Positions 9,543-19,594 of a stretch of DNA of 34,137 nucleotides are shown piece by piece. Every line of letters starts with the position of its first letter. Positions within the stretch are counted from its first letter, which is position 1. Origin of the DNA: a virus. Taxonomy: Duplodnaviria; Caudoviricetes. The translations under genes were made by a program, and so were the position numbers. Under the pieces are notes generated by a model. That model did no database searches and had not been told where the DNA came from. It was given only the letters and a program-made list of their open reading frames with translations. Location of the stretch: positions 1-34,137 of IMG/VR virus record IMGVR_UViG_3300030433_003304; one strand, given 5' to 3'.

Positions 9543-10081
9543 CAGTTAACTCCTGTCAGAATGCTAAGACTTACATCAACTGCATCATCAACATCACAAT
9601 AAACTCTTACTTCATCACCAGACTCTAATAAGGTCTTTCCTGTGTCTGAGATGACAAACGAACTACCCGCAGGAATAGGAATTTTACTTGCAATCGCAGC
9701 AGTAACTCCAACACTACTATCAAGAACTTCTACTGTTAAACTAACTTGATTGTTTGTATTGTTAGCAAAAGTTCCACCAATAATGATACTCTTAACACCA
9801 TTAGGAGATGTATATGATGTAGTGGGTCCAAGGAACTTTACAACTTGACTGGTTGCAGTTGCAGTATTTGTTGATGCACGATCAGTATAAATTGTCGTTC
9901 CATCAATCTGAGTAACTTTTGTTCCAGCAATAAAGTTTCCATTATCAACCAGATCCGAAACACTAATACCAGTGTTTGCAGTTACTGTAATTGCTGTGCT
10001 TGCCGCAGCAACTGAGCTTCCCGAATAACTGGTCACACTTCCGGCTGCTCTGATTATAGAATTTGAAAATGCTTCTGCCAT
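9542..10081 (-). CDS. Small virion adaptor-like protein, 179 aa
   Basis: YTSP..KSIIIG...IPIPAGSSFVI...LLESGDEVRV...VDVSLSIL; beta-sandwich-like; follows a gene ending in GLAIALGG. Confidence 0.7.
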   Translation of the reverse strand: MAEAFSNSIIRAAGSVTSYSGSSVAAASTAITVTANTGISVSDLVDNGNFIAGTKVTQIDGTTIYTDRASTNTATATSQVVKFLGPTTSYTSPNGVKSIIIGGTFANNTNNQVSLTVEVLDSSVGVTAAIASKIPIPAGSSFVISDTGKTLLESGDEVRVYCDVDDAVDVSLSILTGVN

Positions 10082-10100
10082 TGTTTTAGTTCGTTAAGAG

Positions 10101-10107
10101 TATTTAT
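10101..10107 (-). promoter_or_regulatory. T4-type late promoter (ATAAATA)
   Basis: Immediately after the stop of the 203-aa gene, 20 nt upstream of ATG 10081. Confidence 0.7.
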
Positions 10108-10718
10108 TAACCGCCGAGTGCGATTGCGAGTCCGAGTGATACACCTGGTGCGATAGTTACAGTAGCGATACCTGAACCTATAGTCAGGTCAGTAATGTTA
10201 TTTCCACTTGTAGTTTTGAAGTCTAAAATAGTTGCTCCAGTTCCAACATAGTTTCCTTCCGAAGAAAGACCACTGATTACATTATTGATGACACCACTAA
10301 CAGTGAGATCACCAAAAATTCCAGTGTTTCCTAAAACAGTTAAATTTTGAACTGTTGCATTATCAATCGTAATATCATCTAAAAATAAATCACCAGTAAC
10401 TCTAGCATCACCATAAACATATAGTGCAGTGGCACCTGTACTGACAGGACCCCTTACTTCTAAGGTATACTGGGGAACAGAAGTTCCAATACCAACATTA
10501 CTTGTAGTATTGTTAGCATAGAAAACACTTCCAGAAGTGCCAACATGAACAGTATCCTGGACTTCAATAGTGGTTGCTTCAATCCCACCTCTTACATCTA
10601 AGGTATCTCTTGGATTTGTTGTTCCAAGACCAACCCTTTTACTAGAAGCGTCAACAGTTATAGCATCAACTGCTACTTCTAACCCGTTCTTAACGACAAA
10701 ATTCTTGTTTACTGCCAT
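10107..10718 (-). CDS. Short tail-fibre stalk protein, 203 aa
   Basis: MAVNKNFVVKNGLEV N-terminus, VGLGTTNP..LDVRG and VGIGTSVP..LEVRG fibre repeats, C-terminal helix GVSLGLAIALGG. Confidence 0.8.
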   Translation of the reverse strand: MAVNKNFVVKNGLEVAVDAITVDASSKRVGLGTTNPRDTLDVRGGIEATTIEVQDTVHVGTSGSVFYANNTTSNVGIGTSVPQYTLEVRGPVSTGATALYVYGDARVTGDLFLDDITIDNATVQNLTVLGNTGIFGDLTVSGVINNVISGLSSEGNYVGTGATILDFKTTSGNNITDLTIGSGIATVTIAPGVSLGLAIALGG

Positions 10719-10749
10719 TCGGGTTCACTCTCCCCCGCGTATTTTTTAC

Positions 10750-10757
10750 TATTTATA
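10750..10757 (-). promoter_or_regulatory. Canonical T4 late promoter TATAAATA
   Basis: Exact TATAAATA on the minus strand, in the intergenic gap 32 nt upstream of ATG 10718. Confidence 0.8.
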
Positions 10758-10761
10758 CTTT

Positions 10762-13629
10762 CTAATTTCCAAAATTAGATACATTAGCAGTCACTGTAAG
10801 TTCAAAATTTCTTACGAATGTTGCTTGTCTTTCATTAGCATTCTGACTACTAATCATATCAAAAGCAACTTCAAATGTATTTGCAGAAATCATTCTTGGA
10901 TATCCTCCAGAAACAGCAATTGAATTATTAGGATCTTGAAGACCACTTCCTCTAAGAGAAGTATTAAGTACTCTTGCTGTTAGAGTTGGATTGGTATAAT
11001 CCAATATATTGACTGTGTATAAAATAGATCCAACAGGATGTCCTTCAGTTCCACTTAATCCAGGAGTAATATATCTTGTTATACTGAGTGGATTGATTTC
11101 ATTTGTTGTTCCTTGGTTATCAACAATATCTTGAGTTATGCTTACTGGAGTAAGTTGACTTATTATGATTGTGGCATTGTTATGCTGACTTCCACCAAGT
11201 TGAGTGCTAAGAACTTCAACAGATCCATCAGTATAACCCGATCCTCCTCCACCAGAACCACCATTTTGACCAGAAGATCCACCAGTTGCACCAGATCCAC
11301 TACTTACTGTTCCACTTCCTAAACTACCAGATGATGTTTGAATAATATTATATCCAGATTTATATCCACGATCAATCTCCGCAGTATTTGTTAATTCAGT
11401 TCCATCTGGAATTCTAAATTTAATAGTTCCAAGATCTTCACAAGGTGCTTTTCCTTGATTTCTCCAATAAACTCCTCTTGGACAAGGTAAAGTTCTTCCC
11501 CCCAAATATACTCCATTAACTAATCCTGTTCGTTTAGTATCAGGGGTAACAGGAGTTAAAGTATTTCTATCACCAAAAATTCCATTGGATGGAAGAGTTC
11601 CTGCCTCAAATACTGGTCCACCACTTCCATTACCATCTTCACCTGCAACATTTATTCCGCCACCATCACCACCTTTTTCTGAACCACCATTAGAACCGGC
11701 ACCGCCTTGACCAACAACTGCAATCAAGGTTGCTTTTCTATACAAGAATGGAGCATTTATATCATCCCATAATCCAGTAAGAATATATTCATCATCTTTT
11801 TGCATCGTAAATCTAATCTTTGAATATCCACCATCACCACCTACACCACTTTGAGTTGTACCTTTTCCACCATGCATGTCAATCTCAACTTCAATATCCT
11901 TTTCTGGCGCATAAATGCAAATATCATTACCTGGATAAGATGCATGATTTAATGTTAATGTTCCATTTGCTAAATTATGACTGGTGAGAGTTGCACTTGA
12001 GTTTGTATAATCATATTGCTCAATATTCAGAATATTCCTAGCAGTATATGAGTAATAACTTACACTTCTTGAAAATACTGGTGATTGTTGAACATTATTT
12101 GCACTAACACTACACCTAATTGTTCCAGCAGCATTGTCATCAGTTCTAATTAATAAGTTATTTGTCTGAGAACCAGAAACTACTGTCGTTACAGTTTTTG
12201 GTGAGGATACGACATCAATTCTTGCATAACCATCTCCTCCAGCAGCCCCACCAATTGTGGTAGTTGTATCACTTACAACACTGCTAAAGTAAGAAGATCC
12301 ACCACCACCAGATCCAGACATATACAAATTACGTATAGCTCCACCACCCCCACCATAGTATCCACCTCCTCCTCCACCACCACCGGATCCACCGTTCGTT
12401 CCATTAAGAAGAAGAAGAGCACCACCAGGTTCTCCTCCAGGAGCTCCAGCAGTACCACCTGTAGTCTGAGTTCCACCATCACCTGATCCGTCAGGATTTC
12501 CCGATTCTTCACCATTTTCACCACTTAGTCCACCACCATCTCCACCATCAACTCCTATTGTTCCACCTCCACCAGCTCCACCAGCAATAATTAAACTATT
12601 TGCTTGAGTTATACTAGAAAGAAATAGTCCAGTATATCCACCACCACCACCATTACCTCCATTACCATCACCACCACCAGGATATCCACCTTGAGAATCG
12701 GTAGTTTGATTATAACGGGAATCTTGTGGTATATAAGAATCGTTACCCCTTTCTCCTACAATAAGTTGATAAGATTGACCCTGTAGTAAAGTAATCGTTC
12801 CTACAGATAAACCTCCTGTACCTCCACCAGTATTATAGTGTTGATCATTTCCACCTGATCCACCTTCTAAGTGAACTCTTACAATAATATCTCTGTCTGT
12901 AGTAAGTGTATAAATTTGCCCTGGAGTAAATTGGTCATATGATGAAACTTCACTAAAATCAATAGTTGTGGATGTTCCTCCAATAGCTGCAGTAATTATT
13001 CCTGTAGATGTTTCTTGAACTATTGTACTGCTAGATCCATCTACTAGATTATTTCCATCTAGTTGCCACTGATAATTTACAGGACCATTTCCTGGAATTG
13101 TTCTTGCCTCAATACTATAAGATGCTGTTTCATTTAATACTACACTAGCAGGATCTGGTTGACTTGTAATTTCAATTTCTGGTTGTACTGAAATAGTTAC
13201 AATTTCAGATTGAAGTGGTTCATTAGGTGCATTTGCAGTTGATCTTGCAGTTCCTGCTGTTACTGGTGATTCGGATTGATATGCAGATGGATTATAATCA
13301 ACAGTAAAATATACTTCTTTCCCATTCAGATCACTGTTTTGACCATTAATTGTCATAGTCGAACCAGTTCCAGTCGGTGTATCAAATGTAGAAATACTTG
13401 CTACACTGGTATAATCTTCAGAAGTATCTAAAAGTTGAGATCCGTTATAATACCACTTAAAATCAATAGATCCACCATCTAATTCATCTGCTGCTGTTGC
13501 CGTTGCAATTCCTGTAAATGTTGCTACCCCAATAACATTTGTTGCGTTTTGGGGATTATTGACAATCTCTAAATTTGGTCCATTAAGGAAGAGGGATGTT
13601 GGAATCCCTCTGAAGTTGTTATTTTCCAT
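10762..13629 (-). CDS. Virion protein with Ig-like and glycine-rich domains (adhesin-like), 955 aa
   Basis: Ig-like motifs (FKWYYNG, ITSQP...YQWQLDG, IRCSVSA) and two glycine-rich blocks (GGGGGYTGLF, GGGGGYYGGGGG, GGGGSGY); start overlaps the upstream stop (TAATG). Confidence 0.75.
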   Translation of the reverse strand: MENNNFRGIPTSLFLNGPNLEIVNNPQNATNVIGVATFTGIATATAADELDGGSIDFKWYYNGSQLLDTSEDYTSVASISTFDTPTGTGSTMTINGQNSDLNGKEVYFTVDYNPSAYQSESPVTAGTARSTANAPNEPLQSEIVTISVQPEIEITSQPDPASVVLNETASYSIEARTIPGNGPVNYQWQLDGNNLVDGSSSTIVQETSTGIITAAIGGTSTTIDFSEVSSYDQFTPGQIYTLTTDRDIIVRVHLEGGSGGNDQHYNTGGGTGGLSVGTITLLQGQSYQLIVGERGNDSYIPQDSRYNQTTDSQGGYPGGGDGNGGNGGGGGYTGLFLSSITQANSLIIAGGAGGGGTIGVDGGDGGGLSGENGEESGNPDGSGDGGTQTTGGTAGAPGGEPGGALLLLNGTNGGSGGGGGGGGYYGGGGGAIRNLYMSGSGGGGSSYFSSVVSDTTTTIGGAAGGDGYARIDVVSSPKTVTTVVSGSQTNNLLIRTDDNAAGTIRCSVSANNVQQSPVFSRSVSYYSYTARNILNIEQYDYTNSSATLTSHNLANGTLTLNHASYPGNDICIYAPEKDIEVEIDMHGGKGTTQSGVGGDGGYSKIRFTMQKDDEYILTGLWDDINAPFLYRKATLIAVVGQGGAGSNGGSEKGGDGGGINVAGEDGNGSGGPVFEAGTLPSNGIFGDRNTLTPVTPDTKRTGLVNGVYLGGRTLPCPRGVYWRNQGKAPCEDLGTIKFRIPDGTELTNTAEIDRGYKSGYNIIQTSSGSLGSGTVSSGSGATGGSSGQNGGSGGGGSGYTDGSVEVLSTQLGGSQHNNATIIISQLTPVSITQDIVDNQGTTNEINPLSITRYITPGLSGTEGHPVGSILYTVNILDYTNPTLTARVLNTSLRGSGLQDPNNSIAVSGGYPRMISANTFEVAFDMISSQNANERQATFVRNFELTVTANVSNFGN

Positions 13630-16600
13630 TATGCGAAGTTCTGACCTCCTACGACACCATATAGACCAGCAGTTGTAACATTATCACCATCAAATGTCTT
13701 GAACGAATAGATGTCAGTCCTACCCGCAGTTGTAGTAACAATCGGTAGGACTCCACCACCTGGCCAATAGACCGGAATTGCTTGACCACCAGCAGTCTTA
13801 AATGTATCTATACCAACAGAACGACCACCATCTTGAAGAATCTTGAGAGTGAATGAAGTTGAACCTGAAGGTGGATTAGCAAGTACGAAAGCGTCAATGT
13901 TCTCTGATGCAGTAATTGTGAATGATTGTGCGGCAGAAAGATCAATCCTAACTTCATTTGAAACAATTGATGCAGCAGTGACATTCTCAGAATATGTCTT
14001 CAGTTTTGTGTGACCGCCAACATCCAACAGTGCAGTTGGTGTTTCAGAACCGATACCAACAGAACCTGTTCCAACTTCAGTTGTGATGATAGTTCCACCA
14101 GCACCTACATTTAATGTAGTTGCAGTGACGACTCCAGCAGTAACTTGTCCAGAAGAATTCTGAATATCAAAATTACCTGTGACAGTACTGAATCCAGAGA
14201 CTATCAGGTCGTTTGTATTAATAATTCCGTCAAATTTAGCTTCGGAGTAGACATGCATTGAAGTTCCAGAAGAACCAACATATCCAACAGTCAGATTAAC
14301 ATCACTAAGTGGTACTGAAGTTCCAATACCTACGTTGAGAAGGTTATTGGGATACAATCCGGTGCTAACTGTTCCCCACTTAGTATCATTATCAAGGTTA
14401 AAGAGGTTAGAACCATCTCCAATAAACTGCAGTGCAGTTACTGTACCGTGAATATTGGTGTCCCCATTAACACGAAGTTTGAGTCCATTAGCAGTTGTTC
14501 CAATACCAACACCATCATTATCAACAGCAAATAGTGAAGTTCCTGCACCAACTCTCAACAGTCCATCACCAGAATTTGTGGTTCCAATACCAACACCATC
14601 AAATACAACATCAAGTGTATCCGAATCCAGACTTACTGCACCAAATCTTCTCCAAGCATTATCTACAGTATAAATCCAACCAACATATCCGGCTTCACTT
14701 GGGTTTGCATTATAAACAACGTCTCCAGGGTTACCTGCCAGTGAAGGAGTTGCGATGCCAACGGTATATTTTCTAGAAACCGTTGCATCACCCTGAATAA
14801 AGATGTTGTTTGTTTCCAATCCTTTTGGTGAATTGACTGTCAGTTTGTTGTTGACAATAAGTGGACCATTGAACTTAGATACAACTTTTTGATCGGGTCC
14901 ACCTTCAACGGTAATTGAACGACTTGCAACAACTTCAACTGGAGTAGTAACATTAAGGTTTGGAACAGTTTTGACATCCTCACCCTCTACACTATCAACC
15001 GGCGTATCAAAGATTTCTTCTCTACCAGTAATAGTACTGAGACGTTTGTTACCAGAGTATGAAATACCTCTGTCATTCATTCCAGTGTAGAAGTTAATTC
15101 CACCTTCTCTCTTAACTGACTGCGCGATTAATTCTTCATCAGTGCTGATTGCTCTATCGTGCTTATCAGGGAATGCAGTGGAATAGTTACCAGGACCAAA
15201 ACCAACATATTCAAATGTATGACCAGAAGCACGAATGATGGAGTGTCTTCTAAGTTCAATTGGACTTACTCTAACTCTTGTGATAGTTGAGTTAATATTA
15301 TGAGTGGTTGCCTTAGTACCAAGAATTCCACGGAAGACTTTGATAGGATTAGAACCCGTAGGAGTATCCTTAATTCTCATAAGTTCACTATCAACCATCA
15401 AATAGTCACCAATCTTAAGATCAAGATCACCCACACCTTGAATATTAACATTAGATGTTGATGCATTAGAAATAGTACTTGAAAGTGTAGTTGTGATTCC
15501 AGCATAAGTTGGAACCATTCTACCGTTAAGATTTTCATTCTCAATTGTGATATTTCCACTATTGGATGCAAAACCTTCAGGCAATACAAACATAGTACCT
15601 GTTGCAGTCGGTGATGATGTTCCAACAGGTAATTGTGCTTCAAAAGAAGTTACTGAATTTATTTTCGTAACAACAAATGATCCATTATATTCAGATTGAT
15701 CTGCACCAGTGATTGTGACAGACCTATCAACACTAAGTCCATGGTTATTTGAACTAGTAATTGTTGCAATACCGGATATATGATTATAGACCAAAGAAGA
15801 AACAGTAATTGACTCTCCAGTCAATGATAGGTATGCACTTGATGCATTATTTGCACCAATACCAAAATTAGAATTTACTCTCACATCAGAAGAAATTTCA
15901 GATGCAGAAGAAACAGTAATTGACTTTGTATTGTTTATACCTGTAATTCTATAAAGAGAATTGTAAGTATTATATGATTCAGAACTGACTCCAATAACTT
16001 TAACAACATCTCCAACATTATTGTAGAGATTAGATACTTCAACTGTAGCTTCAGTTCCTGTTGAAGTTAATCCATCAAATGTTAGATCATCACCTACCGT
16101 ATATGCAGAACCACCGTCCATGATGGTAACATCACTAATCTGATTGGAAGTAACAACAACTTTTGCTGTTGCATGACTACCAGATACTGTTGCACCTGTT
16201 GCTGCAATTAATTTTACATTATAATACGTTCCATCAGTATACCCACTACCATCATTTGTTCTCTGAACTTTTGCAATTCTATTCAGACCATGATCATATG
16301 CCGTATGAATTGTGTGATTGATACCAGATGCAGAATAGATGTCAGTTATACCAACACCAATGTTAGAGTCACCAACCATTTTATTAAGAGTTTCTCTGGT
16401 GATACTCTTTCTAGAATCATTGACGTTCACTAATCCAATCAGACTTGATGCAGCAAAACATTCTGATGGTTCTGGATCAGAAACAACATTATCTCTGCTT
16501 ATCTGAGGGAAGAGTTCTTTAACAGGTTGAGAATACTTGTCTTCAGTAAAAGGTGCAACTGTTGGTTTAACTGCAGCATTAAGAACATTCAGATAGTAAA

Positions 16601-19487
16601 TTCCATCTTGCTCACCGGAGATATACTTCTGTGCTTCAGAAAGTCTGTAGATATAGTAAGTATTATGATATCTCTTACGTTTGAAATAAGGTAATGAAGT
16701 ATTTCTGTTGTTAATATCATTTGAGAATGCACCAGGATTTGCAGCAATACTAACTGTGAACTGCTTAGAATTAGTGACACTAACTACCTCATACTGACCA
16801 TTAAATCCAGCATTCATAGCCCCTGAAGTGTTGTTAGCACTCAGAACATTATTAATTTCTACAAAACATCCTGGATCCAAATTGTGTGGAAGTTCTGTAT
16901 CAATAGTTGCTACACCCAGACTCCAAGATGCACCTGCAATAAATCTAAAGTTTCTCTGCTCAGTTAGATTGTTAAGTGAACCGGATCCAAAATAAGTCTG
17001 AATTTCTGCATTATTAGGTGCAATAGTAGTTCCAGATTCTTGAATAATAAATCCTTCAACAGGTGGTCTTGCATTGACACCTGAACCTGCAGGAATAACA
17101 TATCTCATTCTATATGTTTTATCAAGGGAAGATCTTGTATCAGTTCTTCTCTTAATGAATGTTCTTGGAGTTGCAGTTCCAAGAGATGTAGTTCCAAGAC
17201 CTACAATAGTAGAATAAATTGTATTTTCAGTTGGATCAGTGGAAACATTAACATACCACTGAGAATTTGCAGTGTCAAATTGAATTGGGTGTCCAATATC
17301 ACCAGAGTTCTTATCCGATACTCTACTTACAACAGTCAGTTCTCCACCCTTTTCATTGATTGCCAGTGCAGTACCATTAATTGCATCATTACGGGTTTTT
17401 GCAAGTTTAATATTGTTAGCAGAAAGACCAGTAGTAATTGCAAAAGCAACAGTACCTGGAGTTAATCCATCAGGAACTTGACCAGTGCTACTAATAACTC
17501 TAACTGATTCTCCATCCATAAATTTATGATCAGCAGTGAGTGTAATAACATTAGCACCACTTCCATCACTATATGTACCAATACTATTAATTCCAGCAAC
17601 ACTTCTTCTTACCTTGAAGGATTTTTCTCCACTCATAGTTGGATTGTCAGTATTGTCTGGCATGACAATACGAGCACTATATTCCTGTACAGTTCCAGAC
17701 TGAGAAATAAGGACTCCTAAAGTATCATCTTTTTTTGCACCAATTCTATATCCTTCAATGACATTTTCTGGTGGAGCATCAACATTAGTTTTACCAAGCA
17801 AGTAAAGATTTCCTGTCTTACCAACACCAGCAACAACATCAGTTTTAGTAACATCAATTGAATCAAATTCAATAGAAGTTTCTGCAAGAGGAACTCTCTT
17901 TGGTGGAATGATATGAGTAATATAACCTTGATTGTCTTGTGTAAATGCATCTGTTCTAAATCCAACAGAAGTCAGTGCATTTGCACCAAAGTTGGAGTTA
18001 GAGTTTGTCAGTGAAATATCACCACCATTTTCAGTTACAAAATGCTCAGCAAATCCAATAGCAAAGATAGAAACTGCCTGGATAAAGGAGTTATTTGATA
18101 CCTTTACGTGGAAGTTTCTATAAGATGGTTTATATCTTGCTTTTGAGTCATTACTAAGATTATCTACAGAAGTACTATCATCATAGTTTCCTGTTGAAGG
18201 TGATTCCTGGTTATATCTAACAAATGCATTATTATCTTTTTGCAGACCAATACCTGTAAACTGTGCCACGACCATTGACTTAAATCCAGTGGCTTTATTG
18301 CCATCTGCTTCCATACCACACATACCAAAAACAGATCTCAGAGAGATATTAAAGATGTATGGAGATGCGGATGTAACAGTATCAGATGAAAGTGCTAATG
18401 TAGCACCCGTAGGTGCTGGAAGTGGAATTGTTGGAGCATTCTGAACCTTATATTGAATCTCAGTATCACTTAGTTTATCAGATACAACAAATTGCCCATT
18501 ATATCCAGTAACACTAATACCTTCAACTCTAAATGGACTATCTACTTCAAGTCCATTGACCGCAGAATTAGTTGTTACGGTAATAGTATTTGTTGCGGTG
18601 ACACCATCACCCGATCTAATACTAGAAATACCCACACTACCACCAGTTGATCCAACAATACGATATTCATCAATTTTAGGTTGGATATCAAGTCCACTAG
18701 ACGGATAATCTGGTTCAATTGCACGACCAGAAGATTGTCCATAAACAAGACTTACTTTTTCATAATACATTTCCAGATCAGTTCTTGTTGTAGAATATGT
18801 CTGGAAAAGATCACTAATGTTTACACCATTTATACCATCTGCATATTCAAAGCAGGTAAGTTTATGGTGTGAAAAGTTTGGAACAAAGGTATTTGATGTG
18901 TAATCCTTATAACATACTCCATTTGGATCTGCATCAAACAAACTAAATTGCCAGAGGTAGCATCCACCAGTTACACGGAAAACTGCACTTCTTGCAATGT
19001 CATCATTTTCTGGGTCAGGAACATACTTAGGACGGATTTTGGTCTTTCTGAGATCAAGACCTACAATAGAAGTTCCTCTAGGAAGAATTACTCCACCATG
19101 AACACTATTAAGTTTATACAGATCATTATTAGGAGACTCTAAACTAAAGTTTGTTGTTAAGTCAAATGCAGGTAAATCATTTGACTGAGTTCCATCTCTA
19201 CGTCTATAGTTATTAACTCCATCTGGAATATATCCAGGTCTATTATCTACTATGTGCTCTCCTGGATATAAGAGAATAGTAGTTTTTCCAAATCTATCAT
19301 TATTCAGACCTCTCTGATACGAAAATCTTGCTGCTTCAATTAAAGCACGCTGGATTGTCTTAAAAGGACGAGTCAGAGAATTGCCCCTATTTTCGATACT
19401 ATCAGTTGAATCCAGACTACTTGGATCCACATAAATGATAGTGCCACGCGATGATTTCAGAAAATTATCTAATCTGGAAAGACCCAT
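13629..19487 (-). CDS. Very large cyanophage tail/baseplate-associated fibre protein, 1952 aa
   Basis: MGLSRLDNFLKS N-terminus with the PFKTIQRAL motif; repeated T..HGL..G..V.I.G....YNG.F.V modules; VGIGT fibre repeats; C-terminal RIDLSAAQSF...VYWPGG...DIYSFKTFDG...GQNFA connector domain. Confidence 0.8.
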   Translation of the reverse strand: MGLSRLDNFLKSSRGTIIYVDPSSLDSTDSIENRGNSLTRPFKTIQRALIEAARFSYQRGLNNDRFGKTTILLYPGEHIVDNRPGYIPDGVNNYRRRDGTQSNDLPAFDLTTNFSLESPNNDLYKLNSVHGGVILPRGTSIVGLDLRKTKIRPKYVPDPENDDIARSAVFRVTGGCYLWQFSLFDADPNGVCYKDYTSNTFVPNFSHHKLTCFEYADGINGVNISDLFQTYSTTRTDLEMYYEKVSLVYGQSSGRAIEPDYPSSGLDIQPKIDEYRIVGSTGGSVGISSIRSGDGVTATNTITVTTNSAVNGLEVDSPFRVEGISVTGYNGQFVVSDKLSDTEIQYKVQNAPTIPLPAPTGATLALSSDTVTSASPYIFNISLRSVFGMCGMEADGNKATGFKSMVVAQFTGIGLQKDNNAFVRYNQESPSTGNYDDSTSVDNLSNDSKARYKPSYRNFHVKVSNNSFIQAVSIFAIGFAEHFVTENGGDISLTNSNSNFGANALTSVGFRTDAFTQDNQGYITHIIPPKRVPLAETSIEFDSIDVTKTDVVAGVGKTGNLYLLGKTNVDAPPENVIEGYRIGAKKDDTLGVLISQSGTVQEYSARIVMPDNTDNPTMSGEKSFKVRRSVAGINSIGTYSDGSGANVITLTADHKFMDGESVRVISSTGQVPDGLTPGTVAFAITTGLSANNIKLAKTRNDAINGTALAINEKGGELTVVSRVSDKNSGDIGHPIQFDTANSQWYVNVSTDPTENTIYSTIVGLGTTSLGTATPRTFIKRRTDTRSSLDKTYRMRYVIPAGSGVNARPPVEGFIIQESGTTIAPNNAEIQTYFGSGSLNNLTEQRNFRFIAGASWSLGVATIDTELPHNLDPGCFVEINNVLSANNTSGAMNAGFNGQYEVVSVTNSKQFTVSIAANPGAFSNDINNRNTSLPYFKRKRYHNTYYIYRLSEAQKYISGEQDGIYYLNVLNAAVKPTVAPFTEDKYSQPVKELFPQISRDNVVSDPEPSECFAASSLIGLVNVNDSRKSITRETLNKMVGDSNIGVGITDIYSASGINHTIHTAYDHGLNRIAKVQRTNDGSGYTDGTYYNVKLIAATGATVSGSHATAKVVVTSNQISDVTIMDGGSAYTVGDDLTFDGLTSTGTEATVEVSNLYNNVGDVVKVIGVSSESYNTYNSLYRITGINNTKSITVSSASEISSDVRVNSNFGIGANNASSAYLSLTGESITVSSLVYNHISGIATITSSNNHGLSVDRSVTITGADQSEYNGSFVVTKINSVTSFEAQLPVGTSSPTATGTMFVLPEGFASNSGNITIENENLNGRMVPTYAGITTTLSSTISNASTSNVNIQGVGDLDLKIGDYLMVDSELMRIKDTPTGSNPIKVFRGILGTKATTHNINSTITRVRVSPIELRRHSIIRASGHTFEYVGFGPGNYSTAFPDKHDRAISTDEELIAQSVKREGGINFYTGMNDRGISYSGNKRLSTITGREEIFDTPVDSVEGEDVKTVPNLNVTTPVEVVASRSITVEGGPDQKVVSKFNGPLIVNNKLTVNSPKGLETNNIFIQGDATVSRKYTVGIATPSLAGNPGDVVYNANPSEAGYVGWIYTVDNAWRRFGAVSLDSDTLDVVFDGVGIGTTNSGDGLLRVGAGTSLFAVDNDGVGIGTTANGLKLRVNGDTNIHGTVTALQFIGDGSNLFNLDNDTKWGTVSTGLYPNNLLNVGIGTSVPLSDVNLTVGYVGSSGTSMHVYSEAKFDGIINTNDLIVSGFSTVTGNFDIQNSSGQVTAGVVTATTLNVGAGGTIITTEVGTGSVGIGSETPTALLDVGGHTKLKTYSENVTAASIVSNEVRIDLSAAQSFTITASENIDAFVLANPPSGSTSFTLKILQDGGRSVGIDTFKTAGGQAIPVYWPGGGVLPIVTTTAGRTDIYSFKTFDGDNVTTAGLYGVVGGQNFA

Positions 19488-19518
19488 CTTATTCGTACTT
19501 ATAGTTCCTGTTATGGAT

Positions 19519-19525
19519 TATTTAT
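19519..19525 (-). promoter_or_regulatory. T4-type late promoter (ATAAATA) for the 1952-aa gene
   Basis: 32 nt upstream of ATG 19487, directly after an intrinsic terminator; lies within a 7-bp inverted repeat (tatggat/atccata). Confidence 0.75.
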
Positions 19526-19529
19526 CCAT

Positions 19530-19552
19530 AAAAAAACCTCCCATTGGGAGGT
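19530..19552 (-). terminator. Rho-independent terminator
   Basis: ACCTCCC-AAT-GGGAGGT stem-loop followed by TTTTTT on the minus strand. Confidence 0.85.
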
Positions 19553-19590
19553 CAGGATGCACAGTGTGCCACTATTCACACGGAAGGAAC
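19530..19590 (-). ncRNA. Predicted ~60-nt small noncoding RNA
   Basis: Bounded by a perfect sigma70 promoter (19595..19623) and an intrinsic terminator (19530..19552); no credible ORF; internal hairpin GUGUG-AAUAGUGG-CACAC. Confidence 0.7.
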
Positions 19591-19594
19591 TTAT

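Noticed and set aside
12406-12417. (CTT)4 run giving LLLL inside a glycine-rich block
   Set aside because: Too short and in-frame; no evidence of phase variation
19536-19590. Plus-strand Yfr1-like RNA (hairpin followed by actattcacac)
   Set aside because: The promoter and U-tract are both oriented on the minus strand; no plus-strand terminator follows the motif
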